64,000 bases of DNA, taken from positions 32,001 to 96,000 of the IMG/VR virus record IMGVR_UViG_3300021256_000006. One strand, 5' to 3'. This stretch comes from a virus. Shown piece by piece: positions 34,636 through 45,128 of this stretch (the stretch's first letter is position 1; every line of letters starts with the position of its first letter). Both the position numbers and the translations under genes were made by a program. The notes under the pieces were generated by a model. It saw only the letters and a program-made list of their open reading frames with translations. It ran no database searches and had not been told where the DNA came from.

Positions 34636-37599
34636 ATGCTATCACTTCAAATTTATATCCAAGAAGCCTGGAGCGAACTGGTGCTTGACCCAGAAACAAG
34701 TATCCCAATTGAGGATGTGAACCCTATCTTTGACATCAAAGGTGGTGGGTCATTTTCGCGCCAGTTCACAGTTCCATTGGAACTGAATCAGCATATCTTC
34801 CCGACGGTTGTCAATCATCATGGCCGGGATGTGTACAAGTGTGTATATCACAAGCCTTTCCGTTTGTATAGCGGAGGAGAACCGCTGATGCAGGGAATCG
34901 TGGATTTGGATGAGGAGGTTGAAATCGAAGAACGGGATGACGGGACACACGAAATAGAAATCTCGCTCTGCGCAAAGAATCAGGACTTGTCGGAACTGCT
35001 TGATGGCGTCGAGGCGCAGGACATACCGCTGAAGGACAGAATACCTGTGGGTAGCGAGGTGCACTCGCTGGAAGGCACGGTTTCTGGGCACTATTATCTG
35101 ACTCCGGAAACTGTGTACACGTCAAAAATATCTATCGACTTGCCGCCAAAGGTGTTCTCGCTGAATAAGTATAAGCCGAACATGGATGGCACCGGCGCGT
35201 GGATTGATGCGACAAATGTCAGCGAGCCTTATCCGGCAAAACCGTATTGCAATGTAGAGGTCTGTGTGCAGAAACGGGAGAAGCAGTCAGACGGTTCTTA
35301 TAAGACGCTGCGTGAATATGAGGTGTTCGGCGCGGACAGACCAAACTCGGGTCTCTGTTTCTATGTGCAGTATTTCTTGGATTGCCTCTTTGCCCATATC
35401 GGAGTGGCATATGACAATGCGGCGTTGAGGGCTGTGGAGGATTTGAACAGACTGGCGTTCTTTAACACAAAATGTGAATGCGATGCACAGCAAACTGCTT
35501 TCCAATTAAGGGAAGAGTTTGACTGGCCAGGAGAAGTGGCTATCAGGGAGTTTTCTGCATTGTTTGACAAGGTGACTGTCGAGGCTAAGAACTCGAGTCC
35601 TAAAGGATACTTAATGGTGGGCTCGTCGTTGCATGAATACATCTATTCCACAAGACTAAAAGCAAATGTGTGGACGAAGTATGCAAGTCCAAGGAATTTC
35701 CCGAAAGAGAAAGCGGTTGATATTTTGAACAGCATCCAAGAGGCTTTTGGCATTCGGTTTATCTTTGACTCGCAGCGCCAAAGGTGTAAGGCTGTTCTGG
35801 TGAAAGATGTGATGAGGAAGATGAACGCAGTCCGTCATGGCGCAATATTGCATGACGTGTATCACATCGACAACGATGTGCGGGGCGTGAAGATGTCTTA
35901 CGGACAGGAAGGAACGGATTATAACTATAACCCCGACGACGACAATTCGGTGGTGGATGTGCGACTGGGATATAGCAAAATACGCGACGAGCGTGGAATA
36001 TATGACAAGCGCACATTCTACGACCAGCAGACGGGAAATATGTACCGAATTAAGGTGGATGAAGATGCAAAAACCGTGGAGGAATTGTACCCTTCTCTTT
36101 TTGAGGTCGGACAATTTCAGGATGCTATAGTGGGCGACACGACGGATGAGGAAAAGACTAAAAATGTTGAGGTGTCTTTTACCCCGGTTGTCAGCAACGT
36201 CGTGGAGTATGTGGATAAAAAGCAGGATGTGGTAACGACGAACAGTTCAAGCAGCCGAGGGCGTGGCGTACAGTTAAGAACTGCAGCGCCAACAAGTCAG
36301 GATTGCCACTATGCTGTATTTCTTCCCGTTGAAATGGATGACGAAGAAAAACAGACGGTTTCTGCGTCTGTCTATTCTGTCATGTCGGGCAGGGGTGTAC
36401 ACCCTGAGCTTTATATTTTTCAGTATTACGAGCTGAAGGCAACGTATGTAACAAGGTATGGCTATGCTGATAACTATCTTTCTGCGAACAAGAAATATAG
36501 TGAATCGCAACGGGATTCATACACAAATAGCAGAAGGCGGACGAGTGCTCTAAACCAAAACGGAATAACGAACAGGGATGCGCTGAAGCCTATTGCTGCA
36601 TACGACGAGGATCCGCTGGAGTCTTATGATGCTGGATTCATGCTGGGCATCATGCGGGGTCCTGGCAATGAGGCAGGTGTCGATGTGGTGAATGAGAATT
36701 ATGATAACAACGGAAATGCACAATGGGCACAGGTGTCTGCGCTCCCTGCCTTTACAGCGGATTCGATTGACCAATACGGGAACGATTTTGACTACAACGG
36801 TCAAGGAGAAGGGGGTGTCTCTGGTGAAGGTCGTTTCTCCCTTAAACTGCAGGTGGAGAAAAGAAGCAAGGTGCAAACAATGTCGATTGAGAATAATTCG
36901 GCATGGGTTCGCACAAAGAAGGAGGCGGAATATTGGATTGCTTATCTGTTTTCACCAGAGCAAGAACAGAATCTGTTTACGTTTGCTCCACGAAAAATGA
37001 CTGATGTACAAAATGCTGGATGGGATGTGACGGGATTCACAGACGAATACACGGCTTTTTATCCAGTCTTGCGCACAATCGTGGTGGGCGAGTATCAATA
37101 TACGGTACTTCTCAATGCTATCATGCATGATGGCACGATTCTCACGCCACAAGAAATTCAAGAGTACATAGATGACCAAGGTGGAAGTCGCGCTCCTGCT
37201 GCTGTGAATGACAGTCTTGGCATCTTGATAAAGGATGATGCTACGGAAAAGGACGGCACGGACTTGTATGCGCTGATGCAGTTGTTTTATATGCCTGACA
37301 CCGCACAGCCGTATCTTCTTACAGGCTTGCCTGAAACAGCAACAACGAACTTCTATCCCATTAACTCGTCTGCCGCGCATCGTGGGTTGCTGCATAAGTT
37401 TAATTATGAATATTTCAAGTTCTTGGTGGAATCAAGGGTTGCGGTCATCACCACAACAATGACGGTCCAGGAGCTGAGAGAGCTTGACATGATGGAGTGG
37501 CACACGTTTGGCACCTATACGGGGCTAATAGAAAAGACGTCTTACCGAGTCACGGACAACGGCCTCTCCACGGTCATTATCCATCTCCGCTATCTGTAA
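34636..37599 (+). CDS. Large tail / baseplate-associated structural protein (987 aa)
   Basis: Size and position upstream of the fibre genes; no family recognised by eye. Confidence 0.45.
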   Translation: MLSLQIYIQEAWSELVLDPETSIPIEDVNPIFDIKGGGSFSRQFTVPLELNQHIFPTVVNHHGRDVYKCVYHKPFRLYSGGEPLMQGIVDLDEEVEIEERDDGTHEIEISLCAKNQDLSELLDGVEAQDIPLKDRIPVGSEVHSLEGTVSGHYYLTPETVYTSKISIDLPPKVFSLNKYKPNMDGTGAWIDATNVSEPYPAKPYCNVEVCVQKREKQSDGSYKTLREYEVFGADRPNSGLCFYVQYFLDCLFAHIGVAYDNAALRAVEDLNRLAFFNTKCECDAQQTAFQLREEFDWPGEVAIREFSALFDKVTVEAKNSSPKGYLMVGSSLHEYIYSTRLKANVWTKYASPRNFPKEKAVDILNSIQEAFGIRFIFDSQRQRCKAVLVKDVMRKMNAVRHGAILHDVYHIDNDVRGVKMSYGQEGTDYNYNPDDDNSVVDVRLGYSKIRDERGIYDKRTFYDQQTGNMYRIKVDEDAKTVEELYPSLFEVGQFQDAIVGDTTDEEKTKNVEVSFTPVVSNVVEYVDKKQDVVTTNSSSSRGRGVQLRTAAPTSQDCHYAVFLPVEMDDEEKQTVSASVYSVMSGRGVHPELYIFQYYELKATYVTRYGYADNYLSANKKYSESQRDSYTNSRRRTSALNQNGITNRDALKPIAAYDEDPLESYDAGFMLGIMRGPGNEAGVDVVNENYDNNGNAQWAQVSALPAFTADSIDQYGNDFDYNGQGEGGVSGEGRFSLKLQVEKRSKVQTMSIENNSAWVRTKKEAEYWIAYLFSPEQEQNLFTFAPRKMTDVQNAGWDVTGFTDEYTAFYPVLRTIVVGEYQYTVLLNAIMHDGTILTPQEIQEYIDDQGGSRAPAAVNDSLGILIKDDATEKDGTDLYALMQLFYMPDTAQPYLLTGLPETATTNFYPINSSAAHRGLLHKFNYEYFKFLVESRVAVITTTMTVQELRELDMMEWHTFGTYTGLIEKTSYRVTDNGLSTVIIHLRYL

Positions 37600-37615
37600 G
37601 CCCCCGCCCTGCGTC

Positions 37616-37632
37616 CAGCGGTTTTCCCGCTG
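37616..37632 (+). repeat. GC hairpin family copy
   Basis: cctgcgtc CAGCGG-TTTTC-CCGCTG. Confidence 0.85.
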
Positions 37633-37639
37633 GCCCTCT

Positions 37640-37675
37640 CGTTTTCGTCTTCGTTTTCGTCTTCGTTTTCGTCCC
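37640..37675 (+). repeat. Six CGTYTT hexamers
   Basis: cgtttt cgtctt cgtttt cgtctt cgtttt cgtccc. Confidence 0.85.
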
Positions 37676-37696
37676 CTCGTCCTTCTCCCCTGCGCT

Positions 37697-37713
37697 CAGC
37701 GGTTTTCCCGCTG
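37697..37713 (+). repeat. GC hairpin family copy
   Basis: cctgcgct CAGCGG-TTTTC-CCGCTG. Confidence 0.85.
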
Positions 37714-37760
37714 AATCTACAAAATAAAACCAACAACTACACACCTAATCCCAAAAACAA

Positions 37761-38909
37761 ATGACTATCTCAACAGACATCCTCAACAATTACAAGCACA
37801 TTTTTGCTGGCGACCCCATCATCGTCAGGGCACAAACCAGCAATGCTGACGCTCCAGCTTCTGCGGTGCTGGCGCAATTGGTTGTTAGAGTGCTTGTGCA
37901 TCTGCCTAACGAAATCACACACACGCATGATATTGCACAGCAGTTTATGCCGGGCGACACGGTGTTTGCTGACATATCATCTGCCTTGCAAACAGAATAT
38001 CAACTGATGGATAGGACCAATGAGCCTTCTGCAGACGTCCTTGATAACCTGGAGCCGGGCGTCACATCAACGGAATATTATTATCCGTTTAGTTTCTCGT
38101 TGCAGGCGTTTGTGCGATACTTGCAGAATGGCACAGAGTATTCGGGAGAGAACAACCCTGTCACAGTGATTGAAAACGTGCATGTTCTTAGGGGGCATCT
38201 TCTTCCTAATCTGCGAAGGATTATCAATAGCCCGTCTGCGGCAGTCGCTGAGTTCGCGCCTCTCTTAACGACAAAGCCTCACATCCCTGTTGATGTTATC
38301 TACCCTGCTCCTGCTGCTCCTGTTCTCTTGGAGACCGTCAACGCTGGAGACCCTTATGCTTATTCTGTATTTGATACGGAACCTACGCCGACAGTCACAT
38401 CCTCGTATATGATTGCAGATGCTGATAGCGATGAGCCTTATCCACAAATCGTTCCTGTTGATGGGCTCTCTTCTGTCTTGGTAATTGACCCGTCTCCTGA
38501 CCGACAACTGCTTGTGTTTAGAAATTCAATGGGTGTGCTTGAGACATTCTCTTCCATCACATTGAAGAAAACGTCTGTGAATAGAACATCGGAGCGGCTG
38601 GCATCTGTTCTCCCTCCTTCTTACGCTCAAAAGGAGAATGTGCTGAACAGCTCTGTATTTCCTAATCAAACCATCGAAATGTCAACGGGATTCTTGCCTA
38701 CTGAATGGGCTGATTGGTTTGTCGGGGAAGTGCTGACCGCTGAATATGTGTGGATACCGATGAAGACCCGTCACCCAAAGACAGGTACGGAATCATTTTT
38801 GTTTGTCCCTGTATATTTGGAGGTGGATAACGAGTTGGTAATGGAAGACTTAAAGACCACAAGCATACCGGAGGTCAAATTTAAGGTGAAAATAAAACAA
38901 AAAGTGTAA
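37761..38909 (+). CDS. Hypothetical structural-module protein (382 aa)
   Basis: ORF track; lies between the baseplate-size protein and the fibre. Confidence 0.45.
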   Translation: MTISTDILNNYKHIFAGDPIIVRAQTSNADAPASAVLAQLVVRVLVHLPNEITHTHDIAQQFMPGDTVFADISSALQTEYQLMDRTNEPSADVLDNLEPGVTSTEYYYPFSFSLQAFVRYLQNGTEYSGENNPVTVIENVHVLRGHLLPNLRRIINSPSAAVAEFAPLLTTKPHIPVDVIYPAPAAPVLLETVNAGDPYAYSVFDTEPTPTVTSSYMIADADSDEPYPQIVPVDGLSSVLVIDPSPDRQLLVFRNSMGVLETFSSITLKKTSVNRTSERLASVLPPSYAQKENVLNSSVFPNQTIEMSTGFLPTEWADWFVGEVLTAEYVWIPMKTRHPKTGTESFLFVPVYLEVDNELVMEDLKTTSIPEVKFKVKIKQKV

Positions 38910-38959
38910 AGTGTATTTCTTTTTTGTTTTTGTTTGTACACAAACAAAAAAAGAATTAC

Positions 38960-38967
38960 TATATTTG
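38960..38967 (+). promoter_or_regulatory. -7 promoter box TATATTTG
   Basis: Exact TAnnTTTG; lies inside the 5' extension of ORF 38934, which argues for start 38988. Confidence 0.4.
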
Positions 38968-38987
38968 CAACATCCAAACCGCATGAT

Positions 38988-41900
38988 ATGATTAAGCCGG
39001 AAAATTACTTCTTTTCACCGTCTGCCATCAGCATTGAACTGAACACAAACCTCGGTCACGAAGGGATTAACAAGTCTGAGACTTGTGCGGTCTCTGTTGC
39101 TGCTGGCTCTGCTGTTCGTTTGACGAATGAATTGACGACAAAGGCTGGTGTGAAGGTAAATGTGGGATATAATGCGCAATTGGGGTATCGCCAGTTCGTC
39201 TTTACTGGCTACAACACGGCTTTTGGCTATCCGGGAAACAAATATATTGGCGCGGCTATTCGAGTGTATGTCAGGATTGATGCTTCTAATAATGCGTCAA
39301 CGGGTACTCTGGTGTTCCTACCCTATGAGGTGGACTATGATGGACGTATCTTGGACGAGGATTTTGTGGCGTATGTTGATATTGCGACAGAGCAGCACAC
39401 AGAGGTGGTTGGCGGCCAAGAAAGAACTTACTACACGCTGGCAAATACGAATGAGGATAATGACTCTCACTTGTCATTCTATTATGTGCATATAGGAACC
39501 ATCGCTGCACCGGAGGACGGGAACCGTATATGGGAGGAGCCACTGAATAGCGGACGTCTCGATACGGCAAAGGGGGAGAATGAGGATGGAACGGGGGCCT
39601 GGACAAAGATGTTCAGGCTGGTCAACGGCTTGATTGAGTTGCTGCTACCTTTTAACCGCATTTTCTTCGCAACGGGGAATGCCTACATCAACCGAATCAC
39701 TGAACAGGTGAATGAAGCGGTAAGCGATTTTGGCTCGTTTACCGAATGGGCGTATGCACATACGGTTGCAACGACTCGCTCTGTGGCTTCTTATGTGGAA
39801 ACGAAGTTGCAGCAACTTGATGGCAGGTTCTTCCGGAAGGATCGCCCGGATGTTTCTCCGCACATGGCCACTTTTGGCGATATGCGGATTGAGGCTGGAT
39901 TGGAAAAAGGCGAAGGTGCTTCTTCCGGCTCTCTTGTTGTCGATGGCAACGCTTCTGTTGATGGAAACGCTCTCGTCAAAGGCACTTCCCGTCTGCAACG
40001 AGAACTGACGTTTGGCACAGAAGGGCAAACCGACGATTATGTACAGAACATAAAGGGCTGCAAGATTTTTTGGGATGGCTCAGGCTGGATGGTGGAGGCC
40101 GACTACATGAACATCCACAAGAAACTGTATGCAAAAACCATACAGGCAGATGAGGTGACTCATGTAGGTGGCGAGAATATCCTTTCCGATGCGAGTTGTA
40201 TTGCAGATGCCGTCATTCCTTATACCGTGAATGGAACGGTAGTCTTTTGGCGAGTGTTGTTCCGCAAGAAGAACGGTGAGGACAAGACGGTATATAACCG
40301 ATGGAAACGTGGAGATATGGCTTATTGTCAGGTCTTTAACGTCCAAGCAGGTACCACGTCAGACTTTGAGAACAAATACTATTGGCGAAAGGTCATTGGT
40401 ACGAACCTTTCCCCGAATCCCGAAATTGAGAATGACTCATTTAGCTCTGACGAGTACCACTACATAGACCTGTCTAACCAAGCTGGAGAGTTTGACAATG
40501 CTGGAGTAATGAGGGTAGATGTTAATGCGGGCTCGATTCCCGCAGCTGAAGACCCGATTATTCAAGTCGGTCACATCGCTTCACCCAACGATGACCCTGC
40601 AACGGTTATCGAGCGACAAGGTGTGACCATCGTGTCAGGCGGTGGCCAATACAAGCGTTCAATCATGATGTGGGAAGGTATTGGTGGCGGCACAAATCCG
40701 TGGACGTTCCCAGAACCCAAGGTGAAGTTAAGCCCTTACGATGTACGAATCATCGCCAATAAGTTCCTCATCAAGACCGACTACGGAGTAACATACCAAC
40801 CGCCAATTAACAGAGGTGTGTGGGCTAATCTCCCTCCCGAACCAGGGCAATCAGACAACTTGCACCGTTGCTACAAGGACGATGTTTTGCAGCACAACGG
40901 AGCGACTTGGATATGTACCTACATTCAAGTGAGCGGACAGCCAGCATATACCACCGAGGAACCTTCCGAAAATGCCGTGAACTGGCAAGTGTATGCCCAG
41001 AAAGGAATCAATGGTACTAATGCAGACGTGTGGACCATCGGCCAAGATGGCTACTGGTATAAGAACGGAGTCAAGCAGTCAACGAAAGCCGAGGGCAAGG
41101 ATGGCACGGGTATTGAACTTAGCGGTACGGTGGATGTGCTATTTATCGCAGACAAGACCACTCAATCCCAAATTGCATTGGAAGAATTGACTGGCGTGCC
41201 CGTTGGTCAATGTTGGACGGTTAGTGCCACACGTCACTTGTATTTTTATAATGGCACACAACCTGCAGAGGCTGGCGTGAACCCACAAGGTTGGAATGAC
41301 GTGGGTCTATTCCAAGGACAAGATGGTAAATCGTCCTATATGCACATTGTCTATGCAGATAACGTCACCTTTGATGCGCAAGGGAATCCAACTTCCGCAA
41401 CAGGCTTCACCATTACAAAGCAGAAGGAGGCCTATGCGTGGATGGGCTTATGCACGAATGATTCGCAAACAGACCCCACTACCTACACGGCTTACGAATG
41501 GAACAAAGTAGAAGGTGCACAAGGCGCACAGGGAACATCTAACGCATCGCTTGTCATTTCCGACCCGATGATTGTTGTTAATGCTGATTCTTCTGGACGA
41601 GCAAAGACCGCTGTTGATAAGACCGTGACCATTACGTTCAGAGTTGGTGACACACAAGCAGCCCTCGTTGATTCACAAAGCAGTGGTGTGACGGGTGTTC
41701 CTACGGGTGTGCAAACAACGCTTAACTATGTGGTATATAGCGGAATACTTGTACAGGCAACGGTGCGAATACAAATACCTTACAATAACTCTACCTTCCC
41801 CTCCACGCTCACCGTCACACTTAGCGGCATTGACCCCACAACAGGACTAACACGCACCACAAAAGGTACAATCACATTGGTAGCACAGAGAGACGGAGAC

Positions 41901-43874
41901 AACGGAGAAGATGCCATCAATCCCGTCCTTGACCCTCCATCTTTGCTGATTAACCAAGACATTACAAGTGGACTTTTTGACTTGCCTATATACAGCACTC
42001 TGAAGGTGTATAAAGGCGGTGTAGATGATTCCGCCAACGCAAACATTGAGGGGGTGTCGGCCACTGGTTGTAGTGCTACCTATGAGCAGAACACCAAGCG
42101 CATTATTATTAACGGGTGGAGTACAGACTCACAAGGCAATTACTACCAAAGTGCGACTGTTAATGTTGTTTTCTTGTACGGTGGCGCACCACGCACCATC
42201 CAACTCAAAGTTTTTGCTAATCTCGTAGGCACTTGGAAGCAGACCATTGAGGGGGATGTAAACACTGCTATTGCACAGAAAACTACCTACACCGTCAATG
42301 GGCACAGTTACACCGTTTCGGAGAATTTGGGCACGTTTATCCAATCTTCCAGCGAAAGCATTACCAAACTTGAAGAAACCGTAGGCGACCCCGAAGACCC
42401 GACTTCGGGAACGTTGGCTTACCGCACCTCTGCCATTGAACAACACGTAGATAGAATTGACTTGTCCGTTGCAGAGGGAAATCGCAATTTGCACCCCAAT
42501 CCCACATTTGCCAACTACAACCCCTACACCAACGGAACAAACCACGAATCGGGCACATTAGTAGGCAGCGTGGAATATGGCAGCACAATCGGAGCCCACA
42601 CATCTATCTGGGCGAACGAAGGCGCACAACTTGTAGCCTTGAAGGTGCTTACTAACACCACAACTGCGGCAACCGTCTTGTATGCCTACAATAGCCCGAC
42701 TGCCAATCCTCGCATACGTCTGACTGCTGGAAAGACCTATACATGGTCTGTGCTTGTAGCAGGGGATTTTGAGATGATTTCCGCATCCTCTGTCTTGGTT
42801 GAAGGTTCGCTGTACAACTCCAAAACAGGCGACCAACGCCAATCGCCCTGGGAATACATTCGTGCAAACGACGCAGTTCTGTGGCGAGATTCAGCGTGGA
42901 AACAACTTTACGCCACATTCGAGATTCCTGCCAATTCCGAATACGTTTGGTTTTCATGGATCCCACTTATTGAAGTCCTTGCTGGCGCAACAGGTAGAAT
43001 TGTGTATGGCGGCATCCGTCTTGAAGAAGGAACAAAGCCAACCATCATCAACTACAACGGTACAGAAGACAAACTTGTCAAAACGGGCATCAATATTGAG
43101 AACCACACGATTCGACACACTGCCGACAACTTCATCGTGGAGAACAATCAAGGTGAACGCACAGCGTGGATAGACAGGTTGGGCAACTTGGGCACGAGCG
43201 GAAATGTCTTTACTGGCTTGACGGAGATTAAATCCTCGTCCTTTAATGCTTATTTCACAAGTGCGGAATATGATGATATATGGCAAGATGGGGGTGAATA
43301 TGATTATATCGAGGAAAATGAATATCGTCTCGTTAAAGCAGGAGATGATTATTTCATTGCCGCTGGCTTGTTTCTCATTCCTGACATCTTCTTGCTTTCC
43401 GACATTGTTGTGTTTGACAATTCGTTGCCAACGAGCGGAGACCCCAGGCAAATCCTTCTTCCATTCGCCTTGCCACGTTTGTACAGCAATACTGGATATA
43501 TAGCTGATGTGGTGCGGACAAAGACCAATTACAAGGTAGGTACAGCGCACTTGCTTGATATGATGGAGTTGTATATGCTTGAAGGGAAGGAATTTACATT
43601 TATGACAAAACAAACCATTCAGAACATGTGGCTATTCCGCTTCCCTCGCCTTGAAGAGCATACAGACAGCGATGGCATGAAATACTACACGCTTGACGAA
43701 GAGCACCCGTTTGATACAAAAGACTTTGGAACAAATCCTTTATTAACTATTCAATATAAACGATTGCGATTCCAAATCCCCAACGGTGCAGGAGTACTCT
43801 ACACAGACGGGATAGTGCCAGTCATAAGTCAAACGGGCAACGGATTTTTGTACAACAATATAACAGGATTCTAA
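38988..43874 (+). CDS. Tail fibre / receptor-binding giant protein (1628 aa)
   Basis: Trimmed to ATG 38988; Gly/Thr/Asn-rich beta-type composition; position next to other fibre-like genes. Confidence 0.6.
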   Translation: MIKPENYFFSPSAISIELNTNLGHEGINKSETCAVSVAAGSAVRLTNELTTKAGVKVNVGYNAQLGYRQFVFTGYNTAFGYPGNKYIGAAIRVYVRIDASNNASTGTLVFLPYEVDYDGRILDEDFVAYVDIATEQHTEVVGGQERTYYTLANTNEDNDSHLSFYYVHIGTIAAPEDGNRIWEEPLNSGRLDTAKGENEDGTGAWTKMFRLVNGLIELLLPFNRIFFATGNAYINRITEQVNEAVSDFGSFTEWAYAHTVATTRSVASYVETKLQQLDGRFFRKDRPDVSPHMATFGDMRIEAGLEKGEGASSGSLVVDGNASVDGNALVKGTSRLQRELTFGTEGQTDDYVQNIKGCKIFWDGSGWMVEADYMNIHKKLYAKTIQADEVTHVGGENILSDASCIADAVIPYTVNGTVVFWRVLFRKKNGEDKTVYNRWKRGDMAYCQVFNVQAGTTSDFENKYYWRKVIGTNLSPNPEIENDSFSSDEYHYIDLSNQAGEFDNAGVMRVDVNAGSIPAAEDPIIQVGHIASPNDDPATVIERQGVTIVSGGGQYKRSIMMWEGIGGGTNPWTFPEPKVKLSPYDVRIIANKFLIKTDYGVTYQPPINRGVWANLPPEPGQSDNLHRCYKDDVLQHNGATWICTYIQVSGQPAYTTEEPSENAVNWQVYAQKGINGTNADVWTIGQDGYWYKNGVKQSTKAEGKDGTGIELSGTVDVLFIADKTTQSQIALEELTGVPVGQCWTVSATRHLYFYNGTQPAEAGVNPQGWNDVGLFQGQDGKSSYMHIVYADNVTFDAQGNPTSATGFTITKQKEAYAWMGLCTNDSQTDPTTYTAYEWNKVEGAQGAQGTSNASLVISDPMIVVNADSSGRAKTAVDKTVTITFRVGDTQAALVDSQSSGVTGVPTGVQTTLNYVVYSGILVQATVRIQIPYNNSTFPSTLTVTLSGIDPTTGLTRTTKGTITLVAQRDGDNGEDAINPVLDPPSLLINQDITSGLFDLPIYSTLKVYKGGVDDSANANIEGVSATGCSATYEQNTKRIIINGWSTDSQGNYYQSATVNVVFLYGGAPRTIQLKVFANLVGTWKQTIEGDVNTAIAQKTTYTVNGHSYTVSENLGTFIQSSSESITKLEETVGDPEDPTSGTLAYRTSAIEQHVDRIDLSVAEGNRNLHPNPTFANYNPYTNGTNHESGTLVGSVEYGSTIGAHTSIWANEGAQLVALKVLTNTTTAATVLYAYNSPTANPRIRLTAGKTYTWSVLVAGDFEMISASSVLVEGSLYNSKTGDQRQSPWEYIRANDAVLWRDSAWKQLYATFEIPANSEYVWFSWIPLIEVLAGATGRIVYGGIRLEEGTKPTIINYNGTEDKLVKTGINIENHTIRHTADNFIVENNQGERTAWIDRLGNLGTSGNVFTGLTEIKSSSFNAYFTSAEYDDIWQDGGEYDYIEENEYRLVKAGDDYFIAAGLFLIPDIFLLSDIVVFDNSLPTSGDPRQILLPFALPRLYSNTGYIADVVRTKTNYKVGTAHLLDMMELYMLEGKEFTFMTKQTIQNMWLFRFPRLEEHTDSDGMKYYTLDEEHPFDTKDFGTNPLLTIQYKRLRFQIPNGAGVLYTDGIVPVISQTGNGFLYNNITGF

Positions 43875-43893
43875 CCATTAAAACGAATACATT

Positions 43894-44526
43894 ATGAGCG
43901 AAAATAGACAAATGACAATGGGCGGCATCCCTGTTGATGTAGCCGACGAAACAGCAAGAGCAGCCATCGCCGCCATTCAAGCCCTTATTCCCTCCGAAGC
44001 ATCGGAAAGCAACCAGCTCGCAGACAAGAATTTTGTCAACTCTACGGTTGCAACCAACACGGCGACCTTCCGTGGCACATATAACCTTGTTTCCGACTTA
44101 GGCTTGACCATATCTGCCACGCAACAACAGATTGCTGCCGCATTGGCTACCGAGGTGGACGTGGCAGACAACAACGACTACGCCTATGTGCAGATTCCCA
44201 CATCCGCACAAAGACCTACGGAGATAGCAAGGATAGACCGATACAAGTTCAACGGCACAGCATGGGGGTTTGAGTACACGCTAAATAATTCTGGCTTTAC
44301 GGCAGACCAATGGGCTGCAATCAACTCCTACATCACGTCCGACTTGGTTTACAAGTTGCAACGCCTACCCGATTCCAATACTCTGAGCACCTTGCTGAGC
44401 GGCAAGCAAGACGTTATTTCAGACCTCGCAGCGATTCGTGCTGGCGCACAAGCAGGTGCAACGGCACTCCAACCTTCTGACATTTCTGTAGGGGCAGTGA
44501 TAACCGATATAACAACAATACTATAA
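43894..44526 (+). CDS. Fibre-associated protein (210 aa) ending in VITDITTIL
   Basis: ORF track; C-terminal motif shared with the next gene. Confidence 0.45.
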   Translation: MSENRQMTMGGIPVDVADETARAAIAAIQALIPSEASESNQLADKNFVNSTVATNTATFRGTYNLVSDLGLTISATQQQIAAALATEVDVADNNDYAYVQIPTSAQRPTEIARIDRYKFNGTAWGFEYTLNNSGFTADQWAAINSYITSDLVYKLQRLPDSNTLSTLLSGKQDVISDLAAIRAGAQAGATALQPSDISVGAVITDITTIL

Positions 44527-44536
44527 CTATAAGACT

Positions 44537-45109
44537 ATGGCAGACTCAGTAAATATCAAGCACGTATTTGGCAACCCTCTCCAAATAGCCATCCCTCTCA
44601 CACAAAGAATAAGAACGTTGGAGGGCGGGCAAGAGATTGAACGCACGGAGGATTTCTTCCCTTCTGGTGATGTAAAAGTCGTATTGTGGAGTAACATAAG
44701 GACATACGAATACATCGCCACTATGGATGGAAATGTGGCGATTATAACCGATGATAAGGGAGAGGTGAGTAGCGGTCTATATGGGGTGACGATTACTTGT
44801 TTAGACCAAGAGGGAAAATCGCGAAGATTTGCAATTGCTGATGCAATAAAGATAGTCACCTATACAGCAGATGCAGGGATAGTTGCAGGAGTTGAGTTTA
44901 ATGCGGAAACATATACACTTGAAGGTGCGGTCTTCTTTTATGCCAAGGGAGAAAAGGGTGATAAAGGCGACCCATTCACTTATGAAGACTTTACTCCTGC
45001 ACAGATAGCGGAATTGCAAAAGCCTGCAACCGATGCTGCACAAATGGTAAATGAAACATTATCACACTACATTGGGAACGTGATAACCGACATAACTGAT
45101 ATTCTTTAA
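44537..45109 (+). CDS. Fibre-associated protein (190 aa) ending in VITDITDIL
   Basis: ORF track; short collagen-like KGEKGDKGDP; shared C-terminal motif. Confidence 0.45.
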   Translation: MADSVNIKHVFGNPLQIAIPLTQRIRTLEGGQEIERTEDFFPSGDVKVVLWSNIRTYEYIATMDGNVAIITDDKGEVSSGLYGVTITCLDQEGKSRRFAIADAIKIVTYTADAGIVAGVEFNAETYTLEGAVFFYAKGEKGDKGDPFTYEDFTPAQIAELQKPATDAAQMVNETLSHYIGNVITDITDIL

Positions 45110-45128
45110 CTAATTAAATTATAAGACT

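Noticed and set aside
38927-38950. AT-rich 11-bp inverted repeat (TTTTTGTTTGT / ACAAACAAAAA) as a terminator
   Set aside because: The loop is only 2 nt and the stem is all A/T. It overlaps the promoter region of the fibre gene, so the evidence is insufficient.
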